Shown: positions 29,701 to 38,179, numbered from the stretch's first letter. The stretch is 64,000 nt of DNA from Bacteroidia bacterium (GCA_030158725.1 JAOASJ010000119.1:10439-74438); one strand, 5' to 3'. Translations and numbers: made by a program. The notes: a model not told the origin generated them from the letters alone.

Positions 29701-30042
29701 AATTCCGGTGCTTTGGGTGATTTAGAAAAGACTAAGCAACTAATGGAACAACAAGAACGCGACTTGGTAAATAAGCAAATTAATCAAGAGACGATGAGAC
29801 GAATGCAGGAGATAGAAACTAGGATGTTGGAGCATGAAAAAGCTGAACGTGAGCAAAAAACAGATAATAAACGAGAAGCAGAACAAGCTAAAGCTGTTGA
29901 GAACGAAATGCCTCCAGCTATGAAAGCATATTTAGAAAAGAAAGCAAGAGAAATGGAGTTGTTAAGAAGTGTACCTAATAATTTATCTCCTTATTATAAA
30001 GATCGAGTTAGGGTTTATTTTCAAAAAGTAGGTACCATATAA
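26716..30042 (+). CDS. DUF4175-family large membrane-anchored coiled-coil protein
   Basis: Three N-terminal TM segments, PE..DKLLN.LQL, beta-rich middle (DDYGL.KL, YYFEVWDND..NG.KS), about 600-aa E/K/Q-rich coiled coil, YY..RV..YF end. Confidence 0.75.
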   Translation: MFLSKENKNILEAKLDEYIQKYYVNQSIRGFLLGLALVLLYVLLALMLEFFGHFGSMVRLVLFYVFIFLTVFVVSVSVIIPILRRYKILKSLSRKEASSMIGDYFPEIKDKLLNTLQLQDQNEKFDNELLIASIQQRIEKLKPFAFSTAINLTDSAKKYGRYTLLPLLVFLFILIFQSSMITKPAKRIISYNQQFAKEAPFEFVLKNKNLNLVKNSDCELEVELKGKQIPAMLYVSIDGHLIKMEQKSKTIFSHTLYNLSASHQIVFTDGEFESIQYNLNVLPKPNLNSFELKLKYPSYINKKDEAIKNIGDITIPEGTKIEWIFEAVDADLIHFNIADKNFKIEPSNKQFLFNYTAHKTCNYNLVLENKYINEHDTIKYSLQVVPDRYPGIVAEQTIDSINPFKYYFYGKLDDDYGLSKLQFVYKGADGILKYLPVNVGKSTDEIFYYMIDLTQFKSAESSAFEYYFEVWDNDAVNGRKSSKSQVFKVQTPSEKELRADAENSSSSVKSKLNETMREIQSLQKKSTELSKDLMDKTELDWEQEQKIKDFINEQKKLEQKLENIKSENLKNNEKQKQLSPLDQELLDKQKELDKLFNEILTPEMKALLKKLEESLKQQNKDAVQQQLEKMNQSNDEMKKQVDRALEQFKQMELEKRINEHANALEKLAQEQKDLAKKTEEKSLSKEELAKEQDALNKKFEELKKDIEKTDEKNKSLETPMELEDTKEEQQSIQENLNESSESIDKKQNKKAAESQKKSADEMEKLAEKMKKSLEQSKEEQAQEDYYTLRQILENLIELSVQQESLMSRMKDMQSYNPKYVELSSLQQKLKENAKMVEDSLLALSKRQIHIKSFVNKEIGNINYNMDAAIEYFGKVQIQGGTSRQQYVMTGLNNLAVMLSESLKQMQENMNEKKEQKKGQCKNPGKKPGKPGQSGKPKMSGMKQMQDEINKQLQEMKNGKQQGKNPGTEQFAKLAAQQEALRREIERLQKMLKDEGNSGALGDLEKTKQLMEQQERDLVNKQINQETMRRMQEIETRMLEHEKAEREQKTDNKREAEQAKAVENEMPPAMKAYLEKKAREMELLRSVPNNLSPYYKDRVRVYFQKVGTI

Positions 30043-30710
30043 TGTCAGTCAATATTCTTTGTATTGAATCTTCTTATCACATTTGTTCAGTTGCGGTAAG
30101 TTCTAATGAAACAATATATACAGCTGAAAGTGGTATTGTGCAAAATCATGCAGAATCTATAATGGTTTTAATTCAAGATTGTTTGGATAAAGCCAATATT
30201 AGTATGGGTGAATTGAATGCTGTGGCCATTAGTTCCGGTCCCGGATCTTATACCGGTTTGAGAATTGGAACCAGTACTGCTAAAGGTATTTGTTTCGCCC
30301 TAAATATACCCCTAATCGCGATCGATACACTTTATTCTATAGCATACGGAGCATCTTATACAGAAAGTGTCTCTGGAGCCAATATTTGGCCCATGATAGA
30401 TGCTAGAAGGATGGAAGTATACCATTGTGTATTTGATTCAAATCTAAATGCCATTACAGAAGTTAAAAATGGGATAATAGAAGAGGCAAGTTTTGTTCCT
30501 GAAGTGGTACAATCAAATACTTTACTTTGTGGCGACGGTGCCGAAAAAGCAGAGTTAATTCTTGGACTTAGAAGAATCAATATTGTTCAGCATGCTAAAT
30601 GGTTATGTAAACCAGCAGAAATGAAATATTTAAATTCAGATTTTGAAGATTTGGAAAAGTTTGAACCTTTTTATTTGAAGTTTGCAAACATTACGATCTC
30701 AAATAAATAG
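30042..30710 (+). CDS. tsaB: tRNA threonylcarbamoyladenosine biosynthesis protein TsaB
   Basis: ILCIESS...CSVA, H.E, GPGSYTGLRIG, DARRMEVY, EPFYLK. Confidence 0.95.
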   Translation: MSVNILCIESSYHICSVAVSSNETIYTAESGIVQNHAESIMVLIQDCLDKANISMGELNAVAISSGPGSYTGLRIGTSTAKGICFALNIPLIAIDTLYSIAYGASYTESVSGANIWPMIDARRMEVYHCVFDSNLNAITEVKNGIIEEASFVPEVVQSNTLLCGDGAEKAELILGLRRINIVQHAKWLCKPAEMKYLNSDFEDLEKFEPFYLKFANITISNK

Positions 30711-30743
30711 AGTAGTAGTTTTAAACTCCAAAAAGTTAATAGC

Positions 30744-30781
30744 AAAAAAAATCCCGTCAAGTTTACTTGACGGGATTTTTT
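30744..30781. terminator. Bidirectional intrinsic terminator
   Basis: AAAAAAATCCCGTCAAG-TTTA-CTTGACGGGATTTTTT between convergent tsaB and the OmpA-like gene. Confidence 0.9.
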
Positions 30782-30797
30782 AGTTTAATATTATTAA

Positions 30798-32303
30798 TTA
30801 TTGAATTTTGATTTCAATAGTATTTTTGGTTTCAGTACCAGCGTTGTAGTTGGTGATGATTCTATCTCTAGAGATACCAAATTTCTCAACTAAGAATTTG
30901 ATCATTTCATCCATGCAACGGGTATTAGCTGCTGCGTTGTATTTTGAACTTTTTCCTGCAGGACCGTTAAGAATTAACTTCTTGTCAGGGCATTGTTTCA
31001 TTTTGTCAACTACTTGGTATAATAATGCTTTAACTTCTTTAGTTAAGCAATTAGCGCTGATAGTTACTGGAGGGAAAGAAACGTTATCGCAATTGCAACA
31101 CATTTTAATTTCAACACCGTTAGCATCAACTAATGCACCTGGAGAAGAATTTAATTCTCTATCTCTGTGGTCAGGGATGTTATCACCATCGCTATCCATT
31201 GCTTTACCTGTAGTAGGATCAACTAATGCACCTTTATCAGTGAAAGGCTCTTGGTCTTGGCAATCTGGAACACCGTCCATATCAGTATCAACAGCCATAC
31301 CGTTACCATATACCATACAAGAATCTGGAGTAGTATTGTCTTGGTCGAAGCAATTAGTTACGTGGTCTTTGTCATCATCAAAACCTAAGCAATCAGTTTT
31401 CTTTTTAACATCAGCCATTTGATCATAGATAGATTCAACTGGACTTAACCAATCGTAGTGTTGTGCATTTTTAGAACCAAATTTCCAACCTAAGCTTGCA
31501 CGTAGGTATGAATAAGAGTCAAACCATCTGTTTTGGAAAATTGCAGTATTATATACATCGATATCATCACTTCTTAAGAAAGTATGTCTGTATTCTAAAC
31601 CTAAATCAAAGTGTCTGCTCAAATAATGTTTGAAACCGATACCTAGAGGAATACTTAAGTGTCTAGCTTGGAATTTTTCTTCAACTTGTTTACCTAAGTT
31701 TGGATTTGGAGTACCAGTACCGAAGTAAGAAGTTAAATAGTAATCACCTAAAAATAATCTTTGATCAATAAATGTTGCAGTTGATTTGAAGCTTGTTTGG
31801 CCAAAACCTGCGAACAAGTACATTTGTGTTTTACGCAAAGGACGCAAGAACGAAATATTTCCTAATGTGAAATGCGCTTGTAAACTCCAATCAGTTACAT
31901 TACTTGTGAATTGGAAATTGTCTTTAAATAAAGTTGGAGCTTGGTAGTCTCTTTGACCTCTAAGCTTAGCAATATTGTATTCAGCTCTCAAAGCAAAAGT
32001 TTGAGAAATTGAGTACTTCACGAAAGGAGCGATGTCCCATCCTAATTGCTTTTTGTCAGCATCACCATGAAATAGTGAAGCTCCAGCCATTAATCCAAGT
32101 GTGAATTTTTTTGCTCTTCTATCTTGATAATATGAAGAATGAAGACTTTGTCCAGAATCGCTGCTTACACCATTAATCCATTTGCTTTTTGCATAAGGGT
32201 GGCGTTTCCAAGTCGAATCTTGAGAGGCAAATGCAGAAAAGCTAATTCCACATAAGACTAAAAGGGTCAGTTTAAGTATTTTCATTTTTAAATGATTTTT
32301 CAT
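30798..32303 (-). CDS. OmpA-family outer-membrane protein: beta-barrel, three TSP3-like Ca-binding repeats, atypical OmpA-C-like domain
   Basis: Signal peptide (start 32303 or 32285), amphipathic strands ending YSYLRASLGWKF, DxDxDGVxDxxD repeats, FLVEKFGISRDRI. Confidence 0.8.
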   Translation of the reverse strand: MKNHLKMKILKLTLLVLCGISFSAFASQDSTWKRHPYAKSKWINGVSSDSGQSLHSSYYQDRRAKKFTLGLMAGASLFHGDADKKQLGWDIAPFVKYSISQTFALRAEYNIAKLRGQRDYQAPTLFKDNFQFTSNVTDWSLQAHFTLGNISFLRPLRKTQMYLFAGFGQTSFKSTATFIDQRLFLGDYYLTSYFGTGTPNPNLGKQVEEKFQARHLSIPLGIGFKHYLSRHFDLGLEYRHTFLRSDDIDVYNTAIFQNRWFDSYSYLRASLGWKFGSKNAQHYDWLSPVESIYDQMADVKKKTDCLGFDDDKDHVTNCFDQDNTTPDSCMVYGNGMAVDTDMDGVPDCQDQEPFTDKGALVDPTTGKAMDSDGDNIPDHRDRELNSSPGALVDANGVEIKMCCNCDNVSFPPVTISANCLTKEVKALLYQVVDKMKQCPDKKLILNGPAGKSSKYNAAANTRCMDEMIKFLVEKFGISRDRIITNYNAGTETKNTIEIKIQ

Positions 32304-32313
32304 TTTATGAGGG

Positions 32314-32321
32314 CAAAAGTA
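32314..32321 (-). promoter_or_regulatory. -7 element (TACTTTTG) for the OmpA-like gene
   Basis: Exact consensus; it overlaps the ORF-track start, which is therefore too far upstream. Confidence 0.65.
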
Positions 32322-32411
32322 CACATTCTTTGCACAAAAAACAATACAAGTATGGTTAATTTTATGAAAAAAAAGCGTTAAAATAGGGTTATAGTTATTA
32401 TAATCAGGGTG

Positions 32412-33995
32412 TTATATGCTTAAAATATACCCATGGGATGCATTGAAACCGACACTGTTTTTTAGTTTAAAAGCTACATTTTCATACTTTATCCACATTT
32501 CAAGGCAATTCAATTTTCTTTCCTGCATGTGCTTGATATCAAAATAATTGCGGTAAGTATCATCTAGTTTTCTCAGAGAGTTGTCAACCTTGTTTTTTTC
32601 TATATCAATTAGTGCTTTCTCTGCACTTTTTAATGCTTTTTCATAGGTTTTTCCCAGCTCAACTAGTTTAATAAATTCAGATTTATCTATTTGATTAACA
32701 GTGTCTTGGAATTCTTTTTTAAACTTATTAAAAGCCTCTAGTTTATCTTTTAAGTTGATTTCAGACGCACCTAGAGTAACCATGTGTTTTTCAGGGTTTT
32801 GACTTATTAACAAATCAAGTCCTGAAATATTTAATTTTTTAAGTAAGTCTAAGGTTTTAATTGGGATTATCCACAAACTAGGTCTTAGTTGTAAGTTTGG
32901 TTTATTTATATTGTTGATTACAAATAGGTTAGAAATTTGTATCCAATAGTTGATTTCAGCATTTCCACCAATATAAGCAATATTAGGTAAAATAGTTTCT
33001 TGGTATAAAGGCCTTAAAACTGCGTTGGGACTATAGTGCTCTGGATGTTCTTTTATGTCTTCTGTTATCTCTGCCAAAGTAAAACGAATTTCAGTACCAA
33101 CGACCGTAAACTTGTCATCTTCTAGAATAATTCTACTTCTTACACCATCTAGTAAATAGAAGAAATTGATTTCTCTGCAATGTAGTTGGGTATGGAAGTT
33201 TTTTGAAACTAAACTATCGGTTAAATCGTTAAAAGGTTTGATATTAATTTGGCTCAATATGTCTTTTTCGATAACATCTCTGAATTGATTTTTCAATTCT
33301 TTTTTATCTGCATCTAGACAAACTAGTCCCATTTCTCCGAAAATTTTATGGGCAATTTTTACTGTTGCTTCAGATAGTGTCTTTGAGTTTGAATATATTT
33401 CTTCTAATTCCTCTACAAACTTTAATTTGTCTGAATTTAGATTTACTTGCTGCTTTATTTCTTCTATTAGTGGTTTTACTTCACTTAAATTAAACCGCCC
33501 ACATGCGCCAGTTTGATTTGTTTGCCAAGTGAATTTATGTCCAAATAAGTTGCTGTCTTTTATTTCTTCAAAATCGTGATCCTCTGATGCCAGCCAATAA
33601 ATTGGAACAAAGTTTTTATCAGGGTGTTTTATCTTTAGGTCTTCAGATAATTTTATTACTGCTAATATTTTATAAATTACAAAAGCTGGACCTAGGAAAA
33701 GATGCAATTGTTGACCTGTCGAAACCGTATAGGTATTTGCTTCAAGAAGTAAATTGATGTTTGATTTGACCAATTTATTTTCTTCTGAATCGTCAAGAAA
33801 AGTATAGTCCTTTTGAATGCAATTAACTAATGTGGTTCTATAATCTGGATTGAAATTTTTCTTACCTTCTAATGCTTTATCTATTGAATAATAGGCGTTA
33901 TCGCTTCCTAGAATATCTATTAAAGCTTTATCTTTTGTAATAAAAGCTTTAGTGGTATTCGATAAAGTATTTATTTCGGAAAGATTGAATTCCAT
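32412..33995 (-). CDS. bshC: Bacillithiol biosynthesis protein BshC
   Basis: STGQQL.LF.GP....YK, YWLASEDHDFEEI, SPN.VLRPLYQE.ILP..AYIGG..EI.YW, QER. Confidence 0.9.
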   Translation of the reverse strand: MEFNLSEINTLSNTTKAFITKDKALIDILGSDNAYYSIDKALEGKKNFNPDYRTTLVNCIQKDYTFLDDSEENKLVKSNINLLLEANTYTVSTGQQLHLFLGPAFVIYKILAVIKLSEDLKIKHPDKNFVPIYWLASEDHDFEEIKDSNLFGHKFTWQTNQTGACGRFNLSEVKPLIEEIKQQVNLNSDKLKFVEELEEIYSNSKTLSEATVKIAHKIFGEMGLVCLDADKKELKNQFRDVIEKDILSQINIKPFNDLTDSLVSKNFHTQLHCREINFFYLLDGVRSRIILEDDKFTVVGTEIRFTLAEITEDIKEHPEHYSPNAVLRPLYQETILPNIAYIGGNAEINYWIQISNLFVINNINKPNLQLRPSLWIIPIKTLDLLKKLNISGLDLLISQNPEKHMVTLGASEINLKDKLEAFNKFKKEFQDTVNQIDKSEFIKLVELGKTYEKALKSAEKALIDIEKNKVDNSLRKLDDTYRNYFDIKHMQERKLNCLEMWIKYENVAFKLKNSVGFNASHGYILSI

Positions 33996-35305
33996 TATGC
34001 AATTTTACCAAAAAGGTCGAATGATTCGGCCTCTGTAATTTCAATATTAGCAAAGTCGCCTAATCTTACAAAATTTTCTGCGGCCTTAACCAGCACTTCG
34101 TTGTCAACTTCAGGCGAGTCCGCTTCTGTGCGACCAACAAAATAAGCACCTTCTTTACGGTCAAAAAGCACTTTGAAGGTTTGTCCAATTTTTGCCTGGT
34201 TTTTACGCAAAGAAATATCTTCTTGCAATGCCATTAGTTCTTCCGCTCGTCTTTGTTTCTCTTCAGCGGGAACATCATCGATCAAAGTATGGGCATGCGT
34301 GTTTTCTTCATGTGAATACGTGAATACACCCAAGCGGTCAAATTCAAAATCTTGGACAAATTGCTTTAATTCCTCAAAGTCTTGCAAAGTTTCACCTGGA
34401 TGACCAACTAAAATGGTAGTTCTAAGTGTTATTCCCGGAACTTTTTCTTTTATGGTATTAAGCAATTCATAAGTTCTTCTGCGCGTAATTCCGCGTCTCA
34501 TGATTTTTAAAACATTATCAGAAATATGTTGAACTGGGATGTCAAGATATTTGCAAATGTTGTTATCCTCTGCCATTAAAGGTAAAATATCTTCAGGAAA
34601 CTGAGATGGATATGCATAGTGCAATCTTATCCATTCAAGACCTTCAACTTTAGTTAGTGCTTCTAAAAGATCCTTAAGTTTACGTTCACCATATAAATCC
34701 AAACCATAATAAGTGCTGTCTTGGGCAATTAGCATGATTTCCTTGGTGCCATTTTTAACTAGATTTTGTGCTTCTAATATGATTTGTTCAATCGATTTGC
34801 TGACGTGTTTGCCTCTCATTAAAGGGATGGCGCAAAATGAGCATGGTCTGTTACAACCTTCACTTATTTTTAAATAGGTATAGTGTTGAGGAGTAGTTGT
34901 TAATCTTTCTCCGATAAGCTCATGTTTGTAGTCTGCTCCAAGTGCATTTAATAGACCTGGTAATTCTAAGGTACCAAAGAATGCATCAACTTGTGGTATT
35001 TCAGCTTCAAGTTCATCTTTATAGCGGTGAGACAGACAACCTGTAACAAATAGTTTGTCAATTTTGCCAGCTTCTTTTTCACTTACATAAGAAAGAATGG
35101 TATCTATGCTCTCTTGTTTGGCATTGTCAATAAAACCACAAGTGTTTACGACAATGATGTTGGCATCATTTTTCTCAGATTCATGCGTTGCTTCAATTTC
35201 ATTGCCTTTTAATTGGCTTAATAGAACTTCGCTATCCACTAGGTTCTTGCTGCAACCAAGTGTAATGATGTTTATTTTATTTTGTTTTAGCGATTTTGTA
35301 CGCAT
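33995..35305 (-). CDS. rimO: Ribosomal protein S12 methylthiotransferase
   Basis: TLGCSKNLVDSE, NTCGFI, GCL..RY, ISEGCNRPCSFCAIP, C-terminal TRAM domain. Confidence 0.97.
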   Translation of the reverse strand: MRTKSLKQNKINIITLGCSKNLVDSEVLLSQLKGNEIEATHESEKNDANIIVVNTCGFIDNAKQESIDTILSYVSEKEAGKIDKLFVTGCLSHRYKDELEAEIPQVDAFFGTLELPGLLNALGADYKHELIGERLTTTPQHYTYLKISEGCNRPCSFCAIPLMRGKHVSKSIEQIILEAQNLVKNGTKEIMLIAQDSTYYGLDLYGERKLKDLLEALTKVEGLEWIRLHYAYPSQFPEDILPLMAEDNNICKYLDIPVQHISDNVLKIMRRGITRRRTYELLNTIKEKVPGITLRTTILVGHPGETLQDFEELKQFVQDFEFDRLGVFTYSHEENTHAHTLIDDVPAEEKQRRAEELMALQEDISLRKNQAKIGQTFKVLFDRKEGAYFVGRTEADSPEVDNEVLVKAAENFVRLGDFANIEITEAESFDLFGKIA

Positions 35306-35308
35306 GTT

Positions 35309-36277
35309 TTATACTTCAAAAAGGGAATTCACAAATTCTTCAGCATTAAATATTTTGATGTCTTCAATACCTTCACCTGTTCCAATAAATCTCACTGGTA
35401 TTTTAAATAAATCACTTACACCTAAAACCACTCCACCTTTAGCCGTTCCATCAAGTTTGGTTAATGCTAGAGAACTAACTTCAGTTGCAGCTGTGAATTG
35501 TTTTGCTTGCTCAAATGCATTTTGTCCGGTGGAAGCATCTAAGACCAACATAACATCGTTAGGCGCATAGTCAAGTACTTTGCTCATGACACGTTTGATT
35601 TTACTCAACTCGTTCATTAGATTGATTTTATTGTGAAGTCTTCCAGCGGTATCAATAATTACAATGTCGTAGTTTTCGTTTTTCGCTTTTTCTAAAGCAT
35701 CAAAGGCCACTGCAGACGGATCTGCATTCATGCCTTTTGAATAAAAGTCACAGCCAACCCTTTTGCTCCAAATTTCTAATTGGTCTACTGCGCCAGCTCT
35801 GAAAGTATCACCAGCGGCTAATAAAACTTTGTTGCCGTGTTTTTTGAATTGATTGGCTAATTTGCCAATAGTAGTGGTTTTGCCAACACCATTAACACCA
35901 ACGACCATCAATACATAAGGTTTTACTTGCTTATCAAGTGTGAAATTTAGCTCTTCAGTTTTTTTGTTTTCTGTTAGGAGCAAGGTGATTTCATCTCTAA
36001 GTAGGAGATGAAGTTCATTTGAATTTAAGTATTTATCTTTTTTAACTCTTTTTTCAACTCGGTCGATAATTCTAAAAGTTGTTTCGGTTCCAACATCGCT
36101 GCTGATTAAAATTTCTTCTAACTCGTCTAAGAAACTAGCATCGATAGATGCTCTACCCGCAAGAGCTTTCCCAAGCTTACCAAAGAATGATTCTTTGGTT
36201 TTGTCTAAACCAAGTTGAGATGGTTCTGATTTATTAGTAGACGATTTGTCTTTTTTAAAGAAATCAAATATAGACAT
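35309..36277 (-). CDS. ftsY: Signal recognition particle receptor FtsY (short form)
   Basis: VGVNGVGKTTTIGKLA, DTFRAGA, DTAGRLH, TKLDGTAKGG. Confidence 0.97.
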   Translation of the reverse strand: MSIFDFFKKDKSSTNKSEPSQLGLDKTKESFFGKLGKALAGRASIDASFLDELEEILISSDVGTETTFRIIDRVEKRVKKDKYLNSNELHLLLRDEITLLLTENKKTEELNFTLDKQVKPYVLMVVGVNGVGKTTTIGKLANQFKKHGNKVLLAAGDTFRAGAVDQLEIWSKRVGCDFYSKGMNADPSAVAFDALEKAKNENYDIVIIDTAGRLHNKINLMNELSKIKRVMSKVLDYAPNDVMLVLDASTGQNAFEQAKQFTAATEVSSLALTKLDGTAKGGVVLGVSDLFKIPVRFIGTGEGIEDIKIFNAEEFVNSLFEV

Positions 36278-36293
36278 GATAATGGTATTTAAT

Positions 36294-36318
36294 AAAAAAG
36301 CCCCCGTTTCCGGAGGCT
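36294..36318 (-). terminator. Intrinsic terminator after the rpmB-rpmG-DUF4295 unit
   Basis: Minus strand AGCCTCCG-GAAA-CGGGGGCT-TTTTT (GNRA loop, U-tract). Confidence 0.85.
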
Positions 36319-36338
36319 AACTTTTATATAAGATTTTA

Positions 36339-36488
36339 TTATTTAAAATGGGTTTTAGCCTCTTCTCCGCTAATGATCTCTTCTTTGAAAGAGTATGCAC
36401 CATTTTTGGATTTTACTGCTTTGAAAACTTTAACAAAGTCTTTGCCTTCTCCTTCTTTTTTCAGTGTTGCAACAACCTTTTTTGCCAT
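36339..36488 (-). CDS. DUF4295-family 49-aa basic protein (bL38-like); not in the ORF track
   Basis: Hand translation MAKKVVATLKKEGEGKDFVKVFKAVKSKNGAYSFKEEIISGEEAKTHFK*; MAKKVVATL and GAYSFKE signatures; between rpmG and ftsY. Confidence 0.9.
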   Translation of the reverse strand: MAKKVVATLKKEGEGKDFVKVFKAVKSKNGAYSFKEEIISGEEAKTHFK

Positions 36489-36497
36489 AATCTATAA

Positions 36498-36680
36498 TTA
36501 TTTAATTTCTTTGTGAACTGTAACTTTCTTCATGAAAGGATTGTATTTTTTCAATTCAATTCTTTCAGTTGTATTCTTTTTATTTTTGGTGGTGATGTAC
36601 CTGCTCATTCCTGGTACGTCAGTGTTCTTTTGCTCAGTACACTCCAAAATAACCTGTATGCGATTTCCTTTTTTTGCCAT
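36498..36680 (-). CDS. rpmG: 50S ribosomal protein bL33
   Basis: [12 protein letters not shown]...[32 protein letters not shown]. Confidence 0.97.
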   Translation of the reverse strand: MAKKGNRIQVILECTEQKNTDVPGMSRYITTKNKKNTTERIELKKYNPFMKKVTVHKEIK

Positions 36681-36682
36681 GA

Positions 36683-36916
36683 TTATATACTACCTTTTTT
36701 GAATACTCTATTAATTGCTTCGGTGATTCCGATTTTATTTATTGTCCTGATTGCAGAAGTAGACACTCTTAGAGTGATCCATTCTCCTGTTTCAGGAATA
36801 TAAAATCTTTTATCCTGAAGATTCGCGTAGAACCTACGTTTAGTTCTTCGGTTACTATGAGAAACATTGTTTCCTGCTAGTGCTTTTTTTCCTGTAAGAT
36901 CACAAACTCTTGACAT
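36683..36916 (-). CDS. rpmB: 50S ribosomal protein bL28
   Basis: [11 protein letters not shown]...[19 protein letters not shown]. Start moved to ATG 36916. Confidence 0.96.
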   Translation of the reverse strand: MSRVCDLTGKKALAGNNVSHSNRRTKRRFYANLQDKRFYIPETGEWITLRVSTSAIRTINKIGITEAINRVFKKGSI

Positions 36917-36935
36917 GACTATAAAATTGGGAGTG

Positions 36936-36968
36936 CAAAGGTAGGGACAATGTGGATTAAATTCCAAA
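36936..36968 (-). promoter_or_regulatory. Full -33/-7 promoter for rpmB
   Basis: Minus strand TTTG (36968-36965), N21, TACCTTTG (36943-36936). Confidence 0.8.
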
Positions 36969-37012
36969 TGTTTTTTCAAAATTTTTGATATAGCGACCTA
37001 AACACACCATTT

Positions 37013-38179
37013 TTAAGGGTATAGCAAATATTTATTTCTCATAATTTTGTAAGAATCAAGGCCAATTTGCCATGATTGTCTTATTTCTGAGACGGTTTTT
37101 CCTGCGATTATCTGTTTTCTCAAACTGTTGGTTCCTGCTAATTTATCAATGAAATCATTAAAAAAATCAGCTTTGTTTTTACTTAAGCGATAGGAGAGTA
37201 CTAAATAATTCAAATTAATTTCTGATTCTGCGTAGGCGCGTTGGTCTCCATACCATGTCAAATTAAATCCTACGCAAGGTATTCCCAGACATTTAGGTTT
37301 TTCTGAGACACCCTTTATGCTGATTGGAGTGAAGTTATAATTTCCCCAATCGAATGCAGGTGACCCAAAACATTGATATGGGGTAGTGGTTCCTTGGCCC
37401 ATGCTTATGCTAGTTCCTTCAAATAATCCTAGTGAAGGATATAAGTATATGGAACTTTGGGTTTGTAAGTTTGGCGAGGGTTTAATTGGTAAAATATAGG
37501 GCGTTTTATGGGTATAGTTGAGGCAAGTAATTACCTTTAGCTCACATTTGATTCCATTTTTAAGCCAAGCTTCACCATTAATCATTTGTGCTATTTCTCC
37601 CACTGTGCAGCCGTGGACTAATGGTATTTTATGCATGCCAACAAAGCTTCTATATACAGTATCAAGCATAGGGCCGTCAATATAATGTCCATTCGGATTT
37701 GGTCTATCCAATACAATAACTGGGATGTTTTGCTCAGCCGCTGCCTCCATCACGTAATGCATTGTGCTGATGTAAGTATAGAATCTTACCCCAACGTCTT
37801 GAATATCGAAAACAATGGCTTCAACACTGTCTAAATCGCTTGCAGTAGGCTTTTTGTGGTTGCCATACAGAGAAATGATTTTAAGATTAGTCTTTTCATC
37901 CCTGCCATTGTGGACTGTTGTTCCTGCGCTTGCATTTCCTCTAAATCCATGTTCTGGAGCAAAAAGACATTTAATTTTAATTCCTAAATGTAATAACGAA
38001 TCAACCAAATGGGTGTTTTTTATAGAACTGGTCTGATTTACGACCAAAGCAATTCTTTTGTTTTTAAGTAGAGGTAGATATTTTGCGGTTTGTTCTGCTG
38101 CCGTAATAACTTGGGCGCATCTTGCATTCAAACCCCAAAGGCTTAAAATAAAAAAGCAGTATACCTTTAGATTTGGCAT
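37013..38179 (-). CDS. namZ: Exo-beta-N-acetylmuramidase NamZ family (DUF1343)
   Basis: VNQTS, FAPEHGFRG, SLYG, DIQDVGVRFYTY, LDRPNP, PSPNL, EGT..S.G.GT..P. Confidence 0.88.
   Translation of the reverse strand: MPNLKVYCFFILSLWGLNARCAQVITAAEQTAKYLPLLKNKRIALVVNQTSSIKNTHLVDSLLHLGIKIKCLFAPEHGFRGNASAGTTVHNGRDEKTNLKIISLYGNHKKPTASDLDSVEAIVFDIQDVGVRFYTYISTMHYVMEAAAEQNIPVIVLDRPNPNGHYIDGPMLDTVYRSFVGMHKIPLVHGCTVGEIAQMINGEAWLKNGIKCELKVITCLNYTHKTPYILPIKPSPNLQTQSSIYLYPSLGLFEGTSISMGQGTTTPYQCFGSPAFDWGNYNFTPISIKGVSEKPKCLGIPCVGFNLTWYGDQRAYAESEINLNYLVLSYRLSKNKADFFNDFIDKLAGTNSLRKQIIAGKTVSEIRQSWQIGLDSYKIMRNKYLLYP

Noticed and set aside
28200-30000. Apparent tandem repeats in the DUF4175 C-terminus
   Set aside because: Heptad and low-complexity E/K/Q composition only; I saw no exact nucleotide repeat units.
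6024-30781. Shared AAAAAATCCCG...CGGGATTTTTT arms in two terminators, as a possible REP-like repeat
   Set aside because: Only two copies with different inner stems and loops; a common terminator style, with no associated transposase.
30850-31422. 190-aa plus-strand ORF
   Set aside because: Antisense shadow of the OmpA-like gene; no promoter or recognisable domain.
35097-35570. 157-aa plus-strand ORF across the ftsY/rimO junction, and the other 60-140 aa nested ORFs in the track
   Set aside because: All lie antisense to or out of frame within well-supported genes and show no motifs.
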